The notes: generated from the sequence alone by a model not told the origin. Counted from the first letter of the stretch, positions 27,582-38,765 are shown. The stretch: 64,000 nucleotides of DNA from Candidatus Sericytochromatia bacterium (GCA_040400605.1 JBBAPZ010000005.1:32001-96000), one strand, 5' to 3'. Program-made: numbers and translations.

Positions 27582-28802
27582 CTACCGCTTGCTTTGGACA
27601 GCGGCCAAGGCGTTGATGCGACCCGCACCAAAGTTCTTGTCGAAACCGGCCGTACCCAGATCATCAGCCGTTGCTTCAATCTGCTTGCGGATTTGGTCTG
27701 CGTTCATTTCCGGGAACTTGCTCTTGACCATCGCCGCCAAACCAGCCACGTGAGGCGTCGCCATCGACGTGCCGGACAATGCGCGGAACTTGCCATTCGG
27801 CATTGTGGACATAATGTTAGTACCAGGCGCGCTCACACTGATGTGCTTGCCGAAGTTGGAGAACGATGACCGCTCATCTTTAATGGTCGTCGCACCAACT
27901 GCCATGACACCAGGCGCTGACGCCGGGTAAGAAGGACGCTCGGAATTGTCATTGCCCATCGCGGCAACCACCAACGAACCCTTGCCAATCGCATACTTCA
28001 CAGCGTCTTCGATCACCTTGGAACCGGCAGGGCCACCCAAGCTCATACTGATGATTGGCGAGCCTTGATCAGCAGCATACGTGATGCCGGCCGCAACGCC
28101 TGAGTAAGATCCGGAGCCATTGGCTGCCAGGACCTTGACTGCCAACAATTCGACGTTAGGGGCAACACCGACGACGCCTCCATTGCCCAGCCCGGCGCCG
28201 ACCGTACCAGCACAGTGGGTACCGTGGGACTGGTCATCCATCGCATCCGCGTCATTGTTGATGAAGTCATAACCCTTCGCCACACGCCCACCGAAGTCCG
28301 GATGGTTGTAATCGATTCCTGTGTCAACAACAGCCACTTTGACGCGAGACCCGTCTGCAATCGCCCACGCTTCCGGCGCCTTGATCTTGGCCATGCCCCA
28401 GAGCTCGCCCAGCAACTCGTCCGACTGCGCACGCAACCCAAGGCTCAACATCGGTGACTGACCACCGGTAACCGCCTTCGCAATGTAATTAGGCTCGGCA
28501 TACAAAACGTTCGGATCCGCCTGCAAACCTTTCACAGTCGCCTTGACGTCGGAACACTTCACCACAACCGCATCCAGCGCCCCAACTTTCGAAATGGTAC
28601 GAAGACCCATCTTCTGCAACAACGACTGGCGAGCGGCCGCATTCTTGAATTTCACGACAGCTTCACCAGGAGCCGCTTGCGCAGCGAGCACACCGGAGCC
28701 AACCCCGGTCACGTTGTAAGATTGACTGCCACAGCCCGTTGCGACCAGCACGGTGAGTGCAGCCGAACTTGCCAGCAATGACTTGTTGATACCGTTCGCC
28801 AT
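27582..28802 (-). CDS. S8 subtilase (thermitase-like), lipoprotein with prodomain
   Basis: ATGC lipobox; VAVVDTG, HGTHCAG, GTSMATPHVAG triad. Confidence 0.95.
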   Translation of the reverse strand: MANGINKSLLASSAALTVLVATGCGSQSYNVTGVGSGVLAAQAAPGEAVVKFKNAAARQSLLQKMGLRTISKVGALDAVVVKCSDVKATVKGLQADPNVLYAEPNYIAKAVTGGQSPMLSLGLRAQSDELLGELWGMAKIKAPEAWAIADGSRVKVAVVDTGIDYNHPDFGGRVAKGYDFINNDADAMDDQSHGTHCAGTVGAGLGNGGVVGVAPNVELLAVKVLAANGSGSYSGVAAGITYAADQGSPIISMSLGGPAGSKVIEDAVKYAIGKGSLVVAAMGNDNSERPSYPASAPGVMAVGATTIKDERSSFSNFGKHISVSAPGTNIMSTMPNGKFRALSGTSMATPHVAGLAAMVKSKFPEMNADQIRKQIEATADDLGTAGFDKNFGAGRINALAAVQSKR

Positions 28803-29193
28803 GTGGTTGTTTACTCCTCATCCTTGTAGTAGTGTGTCGCCGAGTCTCGTTTAAGCTCAGGTTAAACTTGCTGAAAATAATTTAACAACAACGATAACGA
28901 AAATACAAGAGGTAAAGTAAACATTAAGGGAAATTATTTTAAGCTTTATCACAGGGTCATTTGAAAATGGGGCATTGATCACCGCCCATCGATCAAGAAC
29001 CAGTGTTTTGCATTGGGTCTGTGCTGTTTCCCGTTAGGAAACGGCACTTGCAGTCATTTTTGCTCTGTCTGCAAGACCGTATGCGGATGGCGTCGCAGGA
29101 ATGGCGATTTATCCGTTATGTCCACTTATGTTAAAATAGGAAACGTTTGGGGTCTCGCAGAGCGAGTCCCGCGGTATTGGGTGTCATCAGGCT

Positions 29194-32100
29194 TTGAGGC
29201 AGCCAGACAGCTTGGACGGGATGGTTGGGAGCACGATGCGATTCATGCGTGGAGACAGGCCGATACAGCGTTTAGCGTCGGCTTGTTTGGTTGTCGCAAT
29301 GTGTGGTGGGTGGGGACGGACGGAGGCTGCGCCGACCGTTGCGTCGGGATTGGCGACGCTTGAATGGTGGGCCCATCTCGATCGCCTGATCGAGCGCCAG
29401 GCTTACCCGGCCGCCATCGTTGAGTTGCAGCGACTGCGCGATCGTGCGACATCAATTGATGAACAACCGGATCGCGTGGCGTATTACCTGGGTATCGCAC
29501 AGCGACGCAGTGGATTGTTAAACGAAGCAATGCAGTCATTGTCTCAGGTACCTGGCACGAGCCGATGGCATGTACCGGCCTTGATGGAGACGGCGTTGCT
29601 CGCGAGAGAATCGGGTGAAGACGTTAAGTCCATCGAAATCTACGAACGTTTGCGGACGTTGACTGGCCTTGGGCAACAGCAGGCCATTCTTGCGAATCTG
29701 GCCGACCTCTATTTCGTGACGGGTCAATTTTCGAAGGCGTTGACGCACTACCGCGATTTGTCCGATGAGGGTGGGCCTTATCAGGAACGTGCGCTGTTTG
29801 CCTGGGGCTGGACCCTGTTGCGGATGGGGCAGGAAGAGGCTGCCATCAATGTCTGGAAGCAGGCGTTGGAGCGTTTTACCCGCAGTCGCCATGCGCAGGG
29901 GGTACGTTTGGGGCTTGGCAATCTGATGCTTGCACGTGGCGAGCATCTTGCTGCGAGCACTTATTATAACGAGGCCGCACGCGGTGGTGGTGTGGAAGGC
30001 AGCAAGCCGGATCTTGGTTTGATGTCACGTGCCGAATTGTTGGCGGGCGAAGCATATGCCGATTCACGTGATTATCGACTGGCGATCAGTCACTATCGGG
30101 CGGTTCCGGATGATGATGCACTGGCTGAGCCTGCCGGCTATGGAGAAGCTTTCAGCACTTGGCAACTCGGGGACCTGAAACAGGCCCAGAAGCTTTTTGC
30201 TGCTTGGATTGAACGCTTTCCACAGAGTCAGTATCGGGGCGCTGCTTATTATGCGATGGGAGCGATCGCGCGGGATCTCGGTCAGGCTGAGCGCGCCGTT
30301 ACGGATTGGCAAATGGTGACGTCGGTGGCGCCTGCTTCGCGTTACGCGGAGGACGCGAGGTATCAGTTGATCCTGCATGCCTTCCGGAATGGTCATCACG
30401 CCGACGCGATCTCATTGGGCCGGCAACTTGAGTTTAACCACCCCCAAGGTCGATGGCTGGGGCCTGTGCTGTGGGTGCGGGGTGAATCGTATGTCGCTTT
30501 GGGATTGTTTGAAGAAGCCGTTCAGGCTTACTCGCAACTTGCCAATATGGGCCGGCAGGCATTTGTGGCTGAACAACGGGATGACATTGAATTCAGGATC
30601 GGCATGGCTTATTTCTATGGCGGCAACTATGGTCAAGCCGCCCGTCGCTTGGCGGTGGTTGAGCGCGGCGCATTGGCGGCGCAGGCCCTGTTTTGGCAAG
30701 CTGAGGCACGTTACCGCCTTGGAGAGCTTGACACGGCACGCGCGCTGTATGCGGATCTGATCGCGAAACACGGCAATTTTGCGCGCATTCCCGAGGCTTA
30801 TTATGGCTTGGGTTGGGCGGCTTATCGGCTCAATGACCTGGAAGGGGCGCGGTCGGCCTTTGGCGAAGCGGCGCGACGCTTGAGTGATGGGCGCACCCGA
30901 CAGGATGCCAGTTTCCGGTTGGGGCTGGTGCTCTCTGATATGCGCGATTGGAGCGGTGCCCGGGAAGTATTCAATACGCTCCTGAAAAGTGCCCTGCCGC
31001 CGGATCTTGCGACGGAAGCGCGGTTTCAGGTTTGTTGGGGGCTTTATCGACAGGGACGTCTTGAAGAGGCGGCTAGCAGCTTTGCCGCTTTTGCTGCCAA
31101 TCATCCGGCCGATCGTTTGGCGCCCCAGGCCCTGATTTGGCAAGGGCGTTCACTCTTTCGTCTGAATCGCTATGCGGAATGCGTCGCGTCATTGCGGCAG
31201 GCTGTCGCGCACCCGCTCGTCACTGCTCCGCAGATCAACGAAGCCAAGGAGCAGTTGGCAGCCGCCCACTTCAATAACGGCCAATTTGAAGAGGCCAGGC
31301 GGGTGTATGAGCAGCTGCTTGAGATCGCGGACCTCCCCACTGAACGAACAGAGGCCTTGCACCAGGGGATTGTCAACACCCACCTGAAATCAGGCAATTA
31401 TCGGGCAGCCCGCCAAGCGCTCGTCAGACGGGAGACGTTGAGTCAGGAAGACGTTCAAACCCTGCTTGCCATTACGGATCATTTTGTCAACCGGGCGCAA
31501 TGGGACGATGTCGTTGAGACCTGTCGACTCTTCAAATTGCCCCCGCCGACCCTGAAACTGGCTGCCGGGCGCGCACTGAACGAGAAGCGTGCCTATGCTG
31601 ATGCCGTTCGTATTTTGGGTGACATGCGCGATGTTTCGGATCAGGAATTGCGGCCGAAAGTTTGGCATGAGTTATCACGGGCCTATCGCGGAGCCGGCGA
31701 TGTCGTGCGCGCGCGCGCACTGCTTCTTCAACTGGCCGAGGTTTACCCGACACAACCGCTCGCTTGGCAGGCGTTGCTGGAAGCGGCTGAGCTGTCAATG
31801 GCGCAAGGGGATCATTCCGCGGCTCAAGGCTATTACCGACGCGTGGCGGAAAATCGTGCGGTTGCGTTGGATACGCGGCGATTGGCTTGGATGGGACTGG
31901 GTGATTCGCAACGTCAGATCAAACAGTGGGGCCAAGCGCTTTTGGCCTATCGGGCTGCCAAGGGCCTTGGTGGCGCCGAATTACTGGGGCAGGCGATGGC
32001 TGGTTACTCTGCGGGCTGTGTACTGATTGAGTTGAAACAGTATAAAGAAGCGATCAATGAGTTGAGAGGCCTTCGTTTTCCGCCTCAAGCGGAACCCTTG

Positions 32101-32274
32101 CCTTCTTTGGCGTTGCTTAAATTGGGTGAATGCTACGAGCAAATGAATCGCTGGCGCGAGGCGGTTCCCATTTACACCCGCCTCACACGCGTTGCACCGG
32201 AGCGCGAGCGTGGCGAGGCGCGTGAGCGGCTCAACTGGATCGAGCAGAACATTCCAAAGGAGATGCGGTCTTGA
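29194..32274 (+). CDS. Large exported tetratricopeptide-repeat protein
   Basis: Signal-peptide-like segment and many TPR-type repeats (AYYGLGWAAY, ALLKLGECY); start uncertain. Confidence 0.85.
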   Translation: MRQPDSLDGMVGSTMRFMRGDRPIQRLASACLVVAMCGGWGRTEAAPTVASGLATLEWWAHLDRLIERQAYPAAIVELQRLRDRATSIDEQPDRVAYYLGIAQRRSGLLNEAMQSLSQVPGTSRWHVPALMETALLARESGEDVKSIEIYERLRTLTGLGQQQAILANLADLYFVTGQFSKALTHYRDLSDEGGPYQERALFAWGWTLLRMGQEEAAINVWKQALERFTRSRHAQGVRLGLGNLMLARGEHLAASTYYNEAARGGGVEGSKPDLGLMSRAELLAGEAYADSRDYRLAISHYRAVPDDDALAEPAGYGEAFSTWQLGDLKQAQKLFAAWIERFPQSQYRGAAYYAMGAIARDLGQAERAVTDWQMVTSVAPASRYAEDARYQLILHAFRNGHHADAISLGRQLEFNHPQGRWLGPVLWVRGESYVALGLFEEAVQAYSQLANMGRQAFVAEQRDDIEFRIGMAYFYGGNYGQAARRLAVVERGALAAQALFWQAEARYRLGELDTARALYADLIAKHGNFARIPEAYYGLGWAAYRLNDLEGARSAFGEAARRLSDGRTRQDASFRLGLVLSDMRDWSGAREVFNTLLKSALPPDLATEARFQVCWGLYRQGRLEEAASSFAAFAANHPADRLAPQALIWQGRSLFRLNRYAECVASLRQAVAHPLVTAPQINEAKEQLAAAHFNNGQFEEARRVYEQLLEIADLPTERTEALHQGIVNTHLKSGNYRAARQALVRRETLSQEDVQTLLAITDHFVNRAQWDDVVETCRLFKLPPPTLKLAAGRALNEKRAYADAVRILGDMRDVSDQELRPKVWHELSRAYRGAGDVVRARALLLQLAEVYPTQPLAWQALLEAAELSMAQGDHSAAQGYYRRVAENRAVALDTRRLAWMGLGDSQRQIKQWGQALLAYRAAKGLGGAELLGQAMAGYSAGCVLIELKQYKEAINELRGLRFPPQAEPLPSLALLKLGECYEQMNRWREAVPIYTRLTRVAPERERGEARERLNWIEQNIPKEMRS

Positions 32275-33902
32275 TGTGGTTGCGCGATGGCTGCTTCTGT
32301 CTGGCCTGGTGTGCGGCGATCGCCGCACAGCCCGTTTTTGCGCAGACAAAACAAACGGAAAGCCAGGATGGTTCCGCGGCGGTTTCACCGGACGACAAAT
32401 TGCCGGCTCAGTTACCTTCCATCACGGTCCAAGGCAGAGATTTAAGTGGCTCGGACCCCCATGGCAACGCCAAGATTTTGCCATCAGCCAGTGGCCAAGG
32501 CATCCCGATTCGCTTGCCAGAACCTGCTCAGATTCGCGCGACCAGCGATGATAATCGTCGTTTGGTCGTGAATGTCACGCCTTCCACCGTTGAAGCCTTG
32601 CCAAACCGGGGAGGGCCCCGCTTGCCTTACACCTTGCTTGAAGGCGGGTTAGGTGTATCAGGCGGGCAGTCCATCGGAAGATTGTACGATGCGCGATACC
32701 TTGGTGCCGGTGTGCTGGGCACCGAATTGAACGCGATGTCTGGTTTGGGATGGGCGAGGTGGCGCGCAAAGGAATGGTTTGAGTGGCCAAAGTTGGGTCG
32801 GGTTGATTTGCAAGCGGAGTCTCTGGCTTGGGCGCAGCCTTCCGTGCGTGGTAATCAGTCTGTGTACCACGCTGCCTATGATTATGGCGAAACCGATGAT
32901 TGGCTGGCAGGTATCAGCCTGCAGCGAGCCTTTAATCGCTCTTTTGTGGGTGGTGGATCCGACCCCTTGCCCATGCCGATCTTGAATGAAGCAGGCCATC
33001 TGGAGGCCAGTGTTCTGCAGGCGCGTTTTCAATTTCGGGGCCAGCGTGCCGAGGCGCCCGCACCGCTTCTCAAAGGACAATTGCAGCATCGGATTTGGGG
33101 TGTGCAGTCAGGCTTCGAAGGATATTTTTCGGCATCCGACTCTTGGTCACTGGCTGAACCATGGCGTCTGGAGGGGCGATTGGGCGGTGGTTTTTGGGGT
33201 CGGGAATGGATCGTTGACCCTGGACTGATGGTTCATTACCGACCGAACCCAAGCGCTCACGCATTTCTCGGGATGAAGGCGCAGAGTGTGCTTCCGGATT
33301 TTCGTGATCTTTACATGCTGCGTCTTGCCGCTGCATCGAACCTTGATTTGCAGGCTGAGCGCATTTTGGGCTGGGCGGAATTGGGTGGTTCCCAGCGTTT
33401 GTCGGAACGGGTGTGGCTCAGCGCCGCACTCGATATGAAGCCGACCTGGCGGCGTGTGTATTGGGCTGACCCTGACCAGGATGGCTTGTGGATGCCAGTG
33501 AACGCTGACCAACAGCAGTGGTGTCCGGCCGGTCGCGTGCGTGCTCAACTTCAATGGGCGCCTATGCTACAGCATGATCTTCATTATCAGTGGGAAGCGT
33601 CTTATCCACTGGGGTGGAGTGAACACAAACTCGGTACGACGTTGGAAGCCAGTTTGGCAAACACGTTGCTGGGTGTGAGTGTTGGTGCCGACTGGCGTCT
33701 CGCGACGCTTTCCAGTCTGCAAACCCCTAGAGGTGGCATTGGTAGCGGTTTTTTTGCCTCAACCGCACTGCGCTACCGTTGGACGCCGGATTTGAGCCTC
33801 ATCCTCATGGCCTCAGAGTTGCCCTTGGCGGTGACTCAACCCGCGTTGAACTATTTTATGCCCTTGCCTGTCTTGACCTTGAATGCGCAGTACCAGTTCT
33901 GA
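32271..33902 (+). CDS. Outer-membrane beta-barrel protein, possibly TonB-dependent
   Basis: Signal peptide, LPSITVQG TonB-box-like segment, amphipathic strands, C-terminal YQF. Confidence 0.65.
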   Translation: MMWLRDGCFCLAWCAAIAAQPVFAQTKQTESQDGSAAVSPDDKLPAQLPSITVQGRDLSGSDPHGNAKILPSASGQGIPIRLPEPAQIRATSDDNRRLVVNVTPSTVEALPNRGGPRLPYTLLEGGLGVSGGQSIGRLYDARYLGAGVLGTELNAMSGLGWARWRAKEWFEWPKLGRVDLQAESLAWAQPSVRGNQSVYHAAYDYGETDDWLAGISLQRAFNRSFVGGGSDPLPMPILNEAGHLEASVLQARFQFRGQRAEAPAPLLKGQLQHRIWGVQSGFEGYFSASDSWSLAEPWRLEGRLGGGFWGREWIVDPGLMVHYRPNPSAHAFLGMKAQSVLPDFRDLYMLRLAAASNLDLQAERILGWAELGGSQRLSERVWLSAALDMKPTWRRVYWADPDQDGLWMPVNADQQQWCPAGRVRAQLQWAPMLQHDLHYQWEASYPLGWSEHKLGTTLEASLANTLLGVSVGADWRLATLSSLQTPRGGIGSGFFASTALRYRWTPDLSLILMASELPLAVTQPALNYFMPLPVLTLNAQYQF

Positions 33903-33908
33903 AGAGGC

Positions 33909-34817
33909 TTGGGCGGAAGGCGACGCTTTATGACATACTCCGACTTTTTTCAAGGTGATCAGCGTGGACGCCTGTGGGGCGATCTCGGTTCCGTCGCATC
34001 CAAACGAATGCCTGTCCGAACACTACGGAACGATGTCAGTCGACGAGCAGGCTTGTGGTGGTCCAGTGGCCTTCATTTGCTCTTTATCACCGGCCTTTTG
34101 TTGTTTGCGCCCACCATCACACAGCCGATTAAACCCGAAATCCTGCCCATTGAGGTGGCATTTGTTGATGACACGACAAATACGGGGCTTAATCCCGCGC
34201 CCCCACAACCCAATAAAACGTTGCGAGCGGCATCGCCAGTCAAGGCACCGACAGAGACATCCGTGCGGCCGCGTCCCCAAAGGGCTCAGGCCGTTTCGCG
34301 CCTGGTTGATCGCAAGCAGAGTCCGACGCGCCGCATGGCGGCCGTGACCCGCCAGAAGTCTGTTGAGGCGCCAAAGTCTGCGGATCTCAATGCCTTGTTG
34401 CAAGCGCGGCTGCAGTCGAGCCAGGCACGGGATGATGCGCAATTACGTGCGGTCAAAGAACGCTGGCGGCAAGGAACCCCCATCACCGAGACGCAACCCG
34501 GTAGCGGCACATTCGTGGCGAACGCCAGGATTGGCGGCTCCGGCCTGTCAGGCGCACTTGCCGCGCGCGCCTCTGTTCGTTCTTTGTACCCGGTTTATCC
34601 CGCGGAAGCCCAACGGATGGGCGAAGAAGGGGAGGTTTGCGTGCGGCTTTGGGTTACCGCTAGCGGTGACGTGCAGCGCGCAGAAGTTGTCCGCAGTTCT
34701 GGACGCCCCTATTTTGATGCAGCAGCAACGCAAGCGATACGACAATGGCGTTTCACCGCACTTCCTGGAACCGGCGAGCAATGGGGCGAAATCACGCTGT
34801 CTTTTCGCCTGGAGTGA
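33909..34817 (+). CDS. tonB: Energy transducer TonB family protein
   Basis: SxxxH in TM (SSGLH), Pro-rich linker, YPAEAQRMGEEGEV...SSGRPYFD...WRF. Confidence 0.88.
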   Translation: MGGRRRFMTYSDFFQGDQRGRLWGDLGSVASKRMPVRTLRNDVSRRAGLWWSSGLHLLFITGLLLFAPTITQPIKPEILPIEVAFVDDTTNTGLNPAPPQPNKTLRAASPVKAPTETSVRPRPQRAQAVSRLVDRKQSPTRRMAAVTRQKSVEAPKSADLNALLQARLQSSQARDDAQLRAVKERWRQGTPITETQPGSGTFVANARIGGSGLSGALAARASVRSLYPVYPAEAQRMGEEGEVCVRLWVTASGDVQRAEVVRSSGRPYFDAAATQAIRQWRFTALPGTGEQWGEITLSFRLE

Positions 34818-35368
34818 ATTGTCCTGCACACGCGACGCCTACGCAAACAGCCATCACAGCAGTGCTGCAAGCATCCTTTCAATGGCACGACGTCTCGGTG
34901 ATGGAAACGCATTAATTGAGGATCGGAATTTTAGCTGGCTTGGAATGGCAGCAGTTGATTTCCTGTTGTTGTGCATTGACTTCACGGGTTGTGAACAGAA
35001 AACTGTACGAGACTGAACAATAGGCATTTGATAGTTCCCGGGAAAAATCCTGGATACCAAGGCATTGCCTGATTGACCATAAAGATTCGATCCATAAGAC
35101 GATATGAGGCCGTTTGAAAGCAAGGTGTATTGAAACAGGCGTCCCAAGCTTGTTTAAAGCCGTATCTGACTTTATGAAGTGTCGAGCAGTCCGATACGCT
35201 ATGTACTCATTGCTCCAAACATCAGAATGATCGATTGTTTGTTAAATGGTTTTAGCATTCGGCGGGCGTTGGCACCATTGCGTGGTCTTTTTGCGCCATG
35301 ATGGTGCCGGAATCCGGGAGCCCGATCGGTCAATCTGATGGTTCCCTCATTGCTCTGAAACCAGGTGA

Positions 35369-35647
35369 TTAAAATTCCCCTTCCTCTGCGGCTTTCTTCG
35401 CGGCTGCATCAGCTTCCGCCTTCTTTTTGGCACGATCTTTCGCGTAAGCAAGGTAAATCGCCATGCCTTCACGGTACGTTTTTTGGGACCAAGCCCAAGC
35501 TGCCTTGAAGGGTCTAGGATCATGCTGATAGGCAACCCAGCCAGGAATGGCAAGAAACGGCAGACTGAAAATCCACAGAATAAAGACACTTTTCCAGCTT
35601 AAAACCGGCTTGGGGGCTTGATTGGCATTCGGTGCGCGACGAGCCAT
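35369..35647 (-). CDS. Small membrane protein
   Basis: One TM, Lys/Ala-rich tail; follows phnE in same direction. Confidence 0.55.
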   Translation of the reverse strand: MARRAPNANQAPKPVLSWKSVFILWIFSLPFLAIPGWVAYQHDPRPFKAAWAWSQKTYREGMAIYLAYAKDRAKKKAEADAAAKKAAEEGEF

Positions 35648-35683
35648 TTTCGAAAACGTCCTGTCAAGATTGTGGTGGTGTTA

Positions 35684-36622
35684 TCAACTCACCAGGCGCC
35701 TGAGGCGGGCACTTGCGTAGTCAACGATCATGACCAGTAAAATGAGCACGGTGACGGTCATCGCGGCTTGCTGATATTGAAACATTCGAAAATCGGAATT
35801 CATAATAAAGCCAATGCCGCCGGCTCCAATCAACCCCAATACCGCTGCAGCACGGATGTTCGTTTCGAAACGATAGAGCAAAAATGAAACAAAAGCGGGC
35901 ATCACCTGTGGCACGACCGCGAAACTGACAATTTGTATGTAACGTGCACCCGTCGCACGGAGGGCTTCAACCACGCCTTCATCGATGCCCTCGATATTTT
36001 CAGCGAAGAGCTTGATCAATACAGTCGTCGTATGAAAGGCCAATGCCAAGGTGCCAGCAAAGGGACCGAGGCCAATGGCTGCAATCAGGATCAAACCCAC
36101 CGCAAAATCCGGTATGGTGCGTAAAAAGTTGGTAATCAACTTTAGCGAATGGTAGATCACAGGATGCGGACTGGTGTTTTGCGCAGCCAAAAAGGCTAAG
36201 GGGAAAGCGACCATCGCTGCCAAAAAGGTTCCAGCCAGAGCCATCTGGATTGTTTGGACAGTCGCGCCAATAATGGTTTGTGGAAAGGTGTTGACCCACC
36301 AGTAATCCTTGGCTGACATTTTTTCGGGGGAAAGTGGCATCGGGAGCATTAACTCCACGAACCCCAGTTCCTCTGGAACGTCGTAGACTTTAGGGTCGGT
36401 CACCCGCGTGTGGTCTGGCGGCAACATTCGCGACAAAGTGTCGACCATATTCGGTACACCCTTGGCGAGTTCTGTCAAATTCACTTGTACGCCTGAAAAA
36501 GACCAGACCAAGCTCCAAAGGATGATAGCGGCCAGTGCGATACGGCGTGCCCAGTCAATTCGAGGTGGTCTGGGCGGCGTTATTGCACGCGATTGGAGCG
36601 AATCGGTTGATGTTTGTGGCAT
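35684..36622 (-). CDS. phnE: Phosphonate/phosphite ABC permease
   Basis: LRTIPD, GLGPFAG, EALRATGA, YRFETNIR, GAGGIG. Confidence 0.92.
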   Translation of the reverse strand: MPQTSTDSLQSRAITPPRPPRIDWARRIALAAIILWSLVWSFSGVQVNLTELAKGVPNMVDTLSRMLPPDHTRVTDPKVYDVPEELGFVELMLPMPLSPEKMSAKDYWWVNTFPQTIIGATVQTIQMALAGTFLAAMVAFPLAFLAAQNTSPHPVIYHSLKLITNFLRTIPDFAVGLILIAAIGLGPFAGTLALAFHTTTVLIKLFAENIEGIDEGVVEALRATGARYIQIVSFAVVPQVMPAFVSFLLYRFETNIRAAAVLGLIGAGGIGFIMNSDFRMFQYQQAAMTVTVLILLVMIVDYASARLRRLVS

Positions 36623-36643
36623 GGTGATTGAGTTGACTCCTGA

Positions 36644-37495
36644 TCACGTCGCGCGTGCTGGTGCATCACCTTCACGTTGATAAATGGTTGCAAGGTTGTC
36701 ATCGGTGAGGGCACCGGGAGGCCCGTCAAAAACGACGCGACCACCCTGAAAACCGACAATACGATCAGCAAAACGTTTTGCCAGTTCAACCACATGAAGG
36801 CTGACCAAGACTGTGATGCCATCTTCTTTGGCAATTCGCTGCAGTGTTTCCAAAATGGTATTGGATAAACGCGGATCCAGTGAGGCCACCGGCTCATCCG
36901 CCAATATCAGCGCGGGACGTTGCATCAGCGCGCGCGCAATTGCCACCCGCTGTTGCTGACCACCTGAGAGGGTATCTGCGCGCTGATAGGCGTGTTCAAG
37001 CAAGGCGACACGATCCAGGTTTCGCATCGCTTCCATTCGAACATCAGCGGGAAACCATCGACAAGTTGTTGTTAACCATGCTTGCGATCCCAAACAGCCA
37101 CTCAAAACATTGTCTAAAACACTCAAACGACGCACCAAATTGAATTGCTGAAAGATCATGCCAACCCGTTGACGCCACCGACGCAATTCCGAATTGCGTA
37201 GTTGACAAACATCCATCGCTGCGACGCTTTCGTGACCGAGTACGTGCCCCGGAACGTTGATTTGTCCGGACGATGGTTCGACCAGCCGATTCAAACAGCG
37301 TAAAAAGGTCGATTTGCCAGCACCGGATAGCCCGAGGATGACGACAAACTCGCCCGGATAAAACCTGAGGTCAATGCCATCCAAAATGATGGGGCCCATG
37401 CCGTAAGACTTGCGTAGACCCTGAATGGTCAGCAAAGGACTGTGGGGATCGATCAAATGATTCACGGATGCGGGTGCTCCAAAGGCGATACTCAA
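36644..37495 (-). CDS. phnC: Phosphonate ABC ATP-binding protein
   Basis: GLSGAGKST, FQQFNLV, LSGGQQQR, ADEPVASLDP. Confidence 0.93.
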   Translation of the reverse strand: MSIAFGAPASVNHLIDPHSPLLTIQGLRKSYGMGPIILDGIDLRFYPGEFVVILGLSGAGKSTFLRCLNRLVEPSSGQINVPGHVLGHESVAAMDVCQLRNSELRRWRQRVGMIFQQFNLVRRLSVLDNVLSGCLGSQAWLTTTCRWFPADVRMEAMRNLDRVALLEHAYQRADTLSGGQQQRVAIARALMQRPALILADEPVASLDPRLSNTILETLQRIAKEDGITVLVSLHVVELAKRFADRIVGFQGGRVVFDGPPGALTDDNLATIYQREGDAPARAT

Positions 37496-38403
37496 TTGAC
37501 GTGTAGTCCAACTTTGTCGAACGCTTCGCGCACCGGTTCGAAGTCCTCAGGCGATGCATCGACAAAAGCATCGATCTTATAAAGATCCATCAACTGCTTC
37601 CGCCCTTCCGGAGACTGCCCCATGCCAATGAAAACTTTCCTGATTTTTGCTTTCAGCTTTGCATCCAACTGCCGATGAACTGCTATGTTATCACTTGGAA
37701 TCGGCTTGGAAAATGCCAAAGGTATAATTTGGCCAGACTCTCCTCGCCGCGTCAAAAACTGTGTCCACGCTGAATCCTCCCCACGCGTGTCGTTAGTGAA
37801 CGTCGCAGCGGCATCCACTTTCTTGTTCAAAACCGCCAGAACCGCCGCATCGTGCCCACCAGCGTAAATCACGCGTGAGAAATCACGCTCCGGATTGATG
37901 CCGATATTCATAAACATCACTTTGGGATAGATGCCACCGGAGGTCGATGCAGGATCGACATAGGCAAACGTCTTGCCTTTCAGATCCTGTAATCGCCTCA
38001 AACCGGAATCCCGATGCGTGATGATGGCGGAATAAAAATAGGCCCGTCCCTTGCGCGACGCTTTTAAAATCACCTGCGCGTTCGCTTTTGTTTCCGCGAT
38101 GACATAGGCGCCTGGCGCAAAAAACGCCACATCCAGTTTGTTCGCCCGCATCGCTTCGATCACACCCGTATAATCGGTCGCAACAAAAGGTACCACCTGT
38201 AGACGCAGTTCCGCCTTCAACGCATCGATCACAGGCCGCGTTTTATGTAGAATGGCCTGCAGATTCTCTGATGGCACAAACCCGACCCGCAGCACCTTCG
38301 GTGCGTAGGCTTCGGCAGTGACCACCGGAATGAATACCGACAGAAGCAAACAAGCGGTGCAGACAATACCTTGAACGCCAGCAATCAAAGAAACCTCCCG
38401 CAA
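37492..38403 (-). CDS. phnD: Phosphate/phosphite/phosphonate ABC substrate-binding protein
   Basis: ATDYTGVIEAM, DPASTSG, GGHDA. Confidence 0.92.
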   Translation of the reverse strand: MREVSLIAGVQGIVCTACLLLSVFIPVVTAEAYAPKVLRVGFVPSENLQAILHKTRPVIDALKAELRLQVVPFVATDYTGVIEAMRANKLDVAFFAPGAYVIAETKANAQVILKASRKGRAYFYSAIITHRDSGLRRLQDLKGKTFAYVDPASTSGGIYPKVMFMNIGINPERDFSRVIYAGGHDAAVLAVLNKKVDAAATFTNDTRGEDSAWTQFLTRRGESGQIIPLAFSKPIPSDNIAVHRQLDAKLKAKIRKVFIGMGQSPEGRKQLMDLYKIDAFVDASPEDFEPVREAFDKVGLHVN

Positions 38404-38765
38404 CCCTATCCCGATACGCCAATTCGACTTCGTGCAGTCAATTCAGCCATAAAGTGAACTGAACTGCTCTTACCCAAGCACGTGACATTTTTACCAAACT
38501 GGCAGTCAGGGAATCACCAGTTTCGCTGTTCAGACAACCGCCACCAGACCCTGACACCACGGTAACGAGACCGATTTCCACTGCTAAAACCCGCTTTACT
38601 GAAACAAACATTTAACGAACAAGCCGCGAGCTTGCTGAATGGGCTGTCAGGCGACGTCAAAAATGGCTTAACCGCAGCAATGGAGTCGTCTGATCTTCGC
38701 GTCTGCACCCGGAAACCTGGTTGGTTCATACCCTCAAGAACAGCACCTTGGACGTGCCGGTTTGC

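Noticed and set aside
34818..35368. Possible gene or ncRNA in a ~550-bp gap (97-aa ORF 34854-35147)
   Set aside because: No RBS, motif or convincing structure
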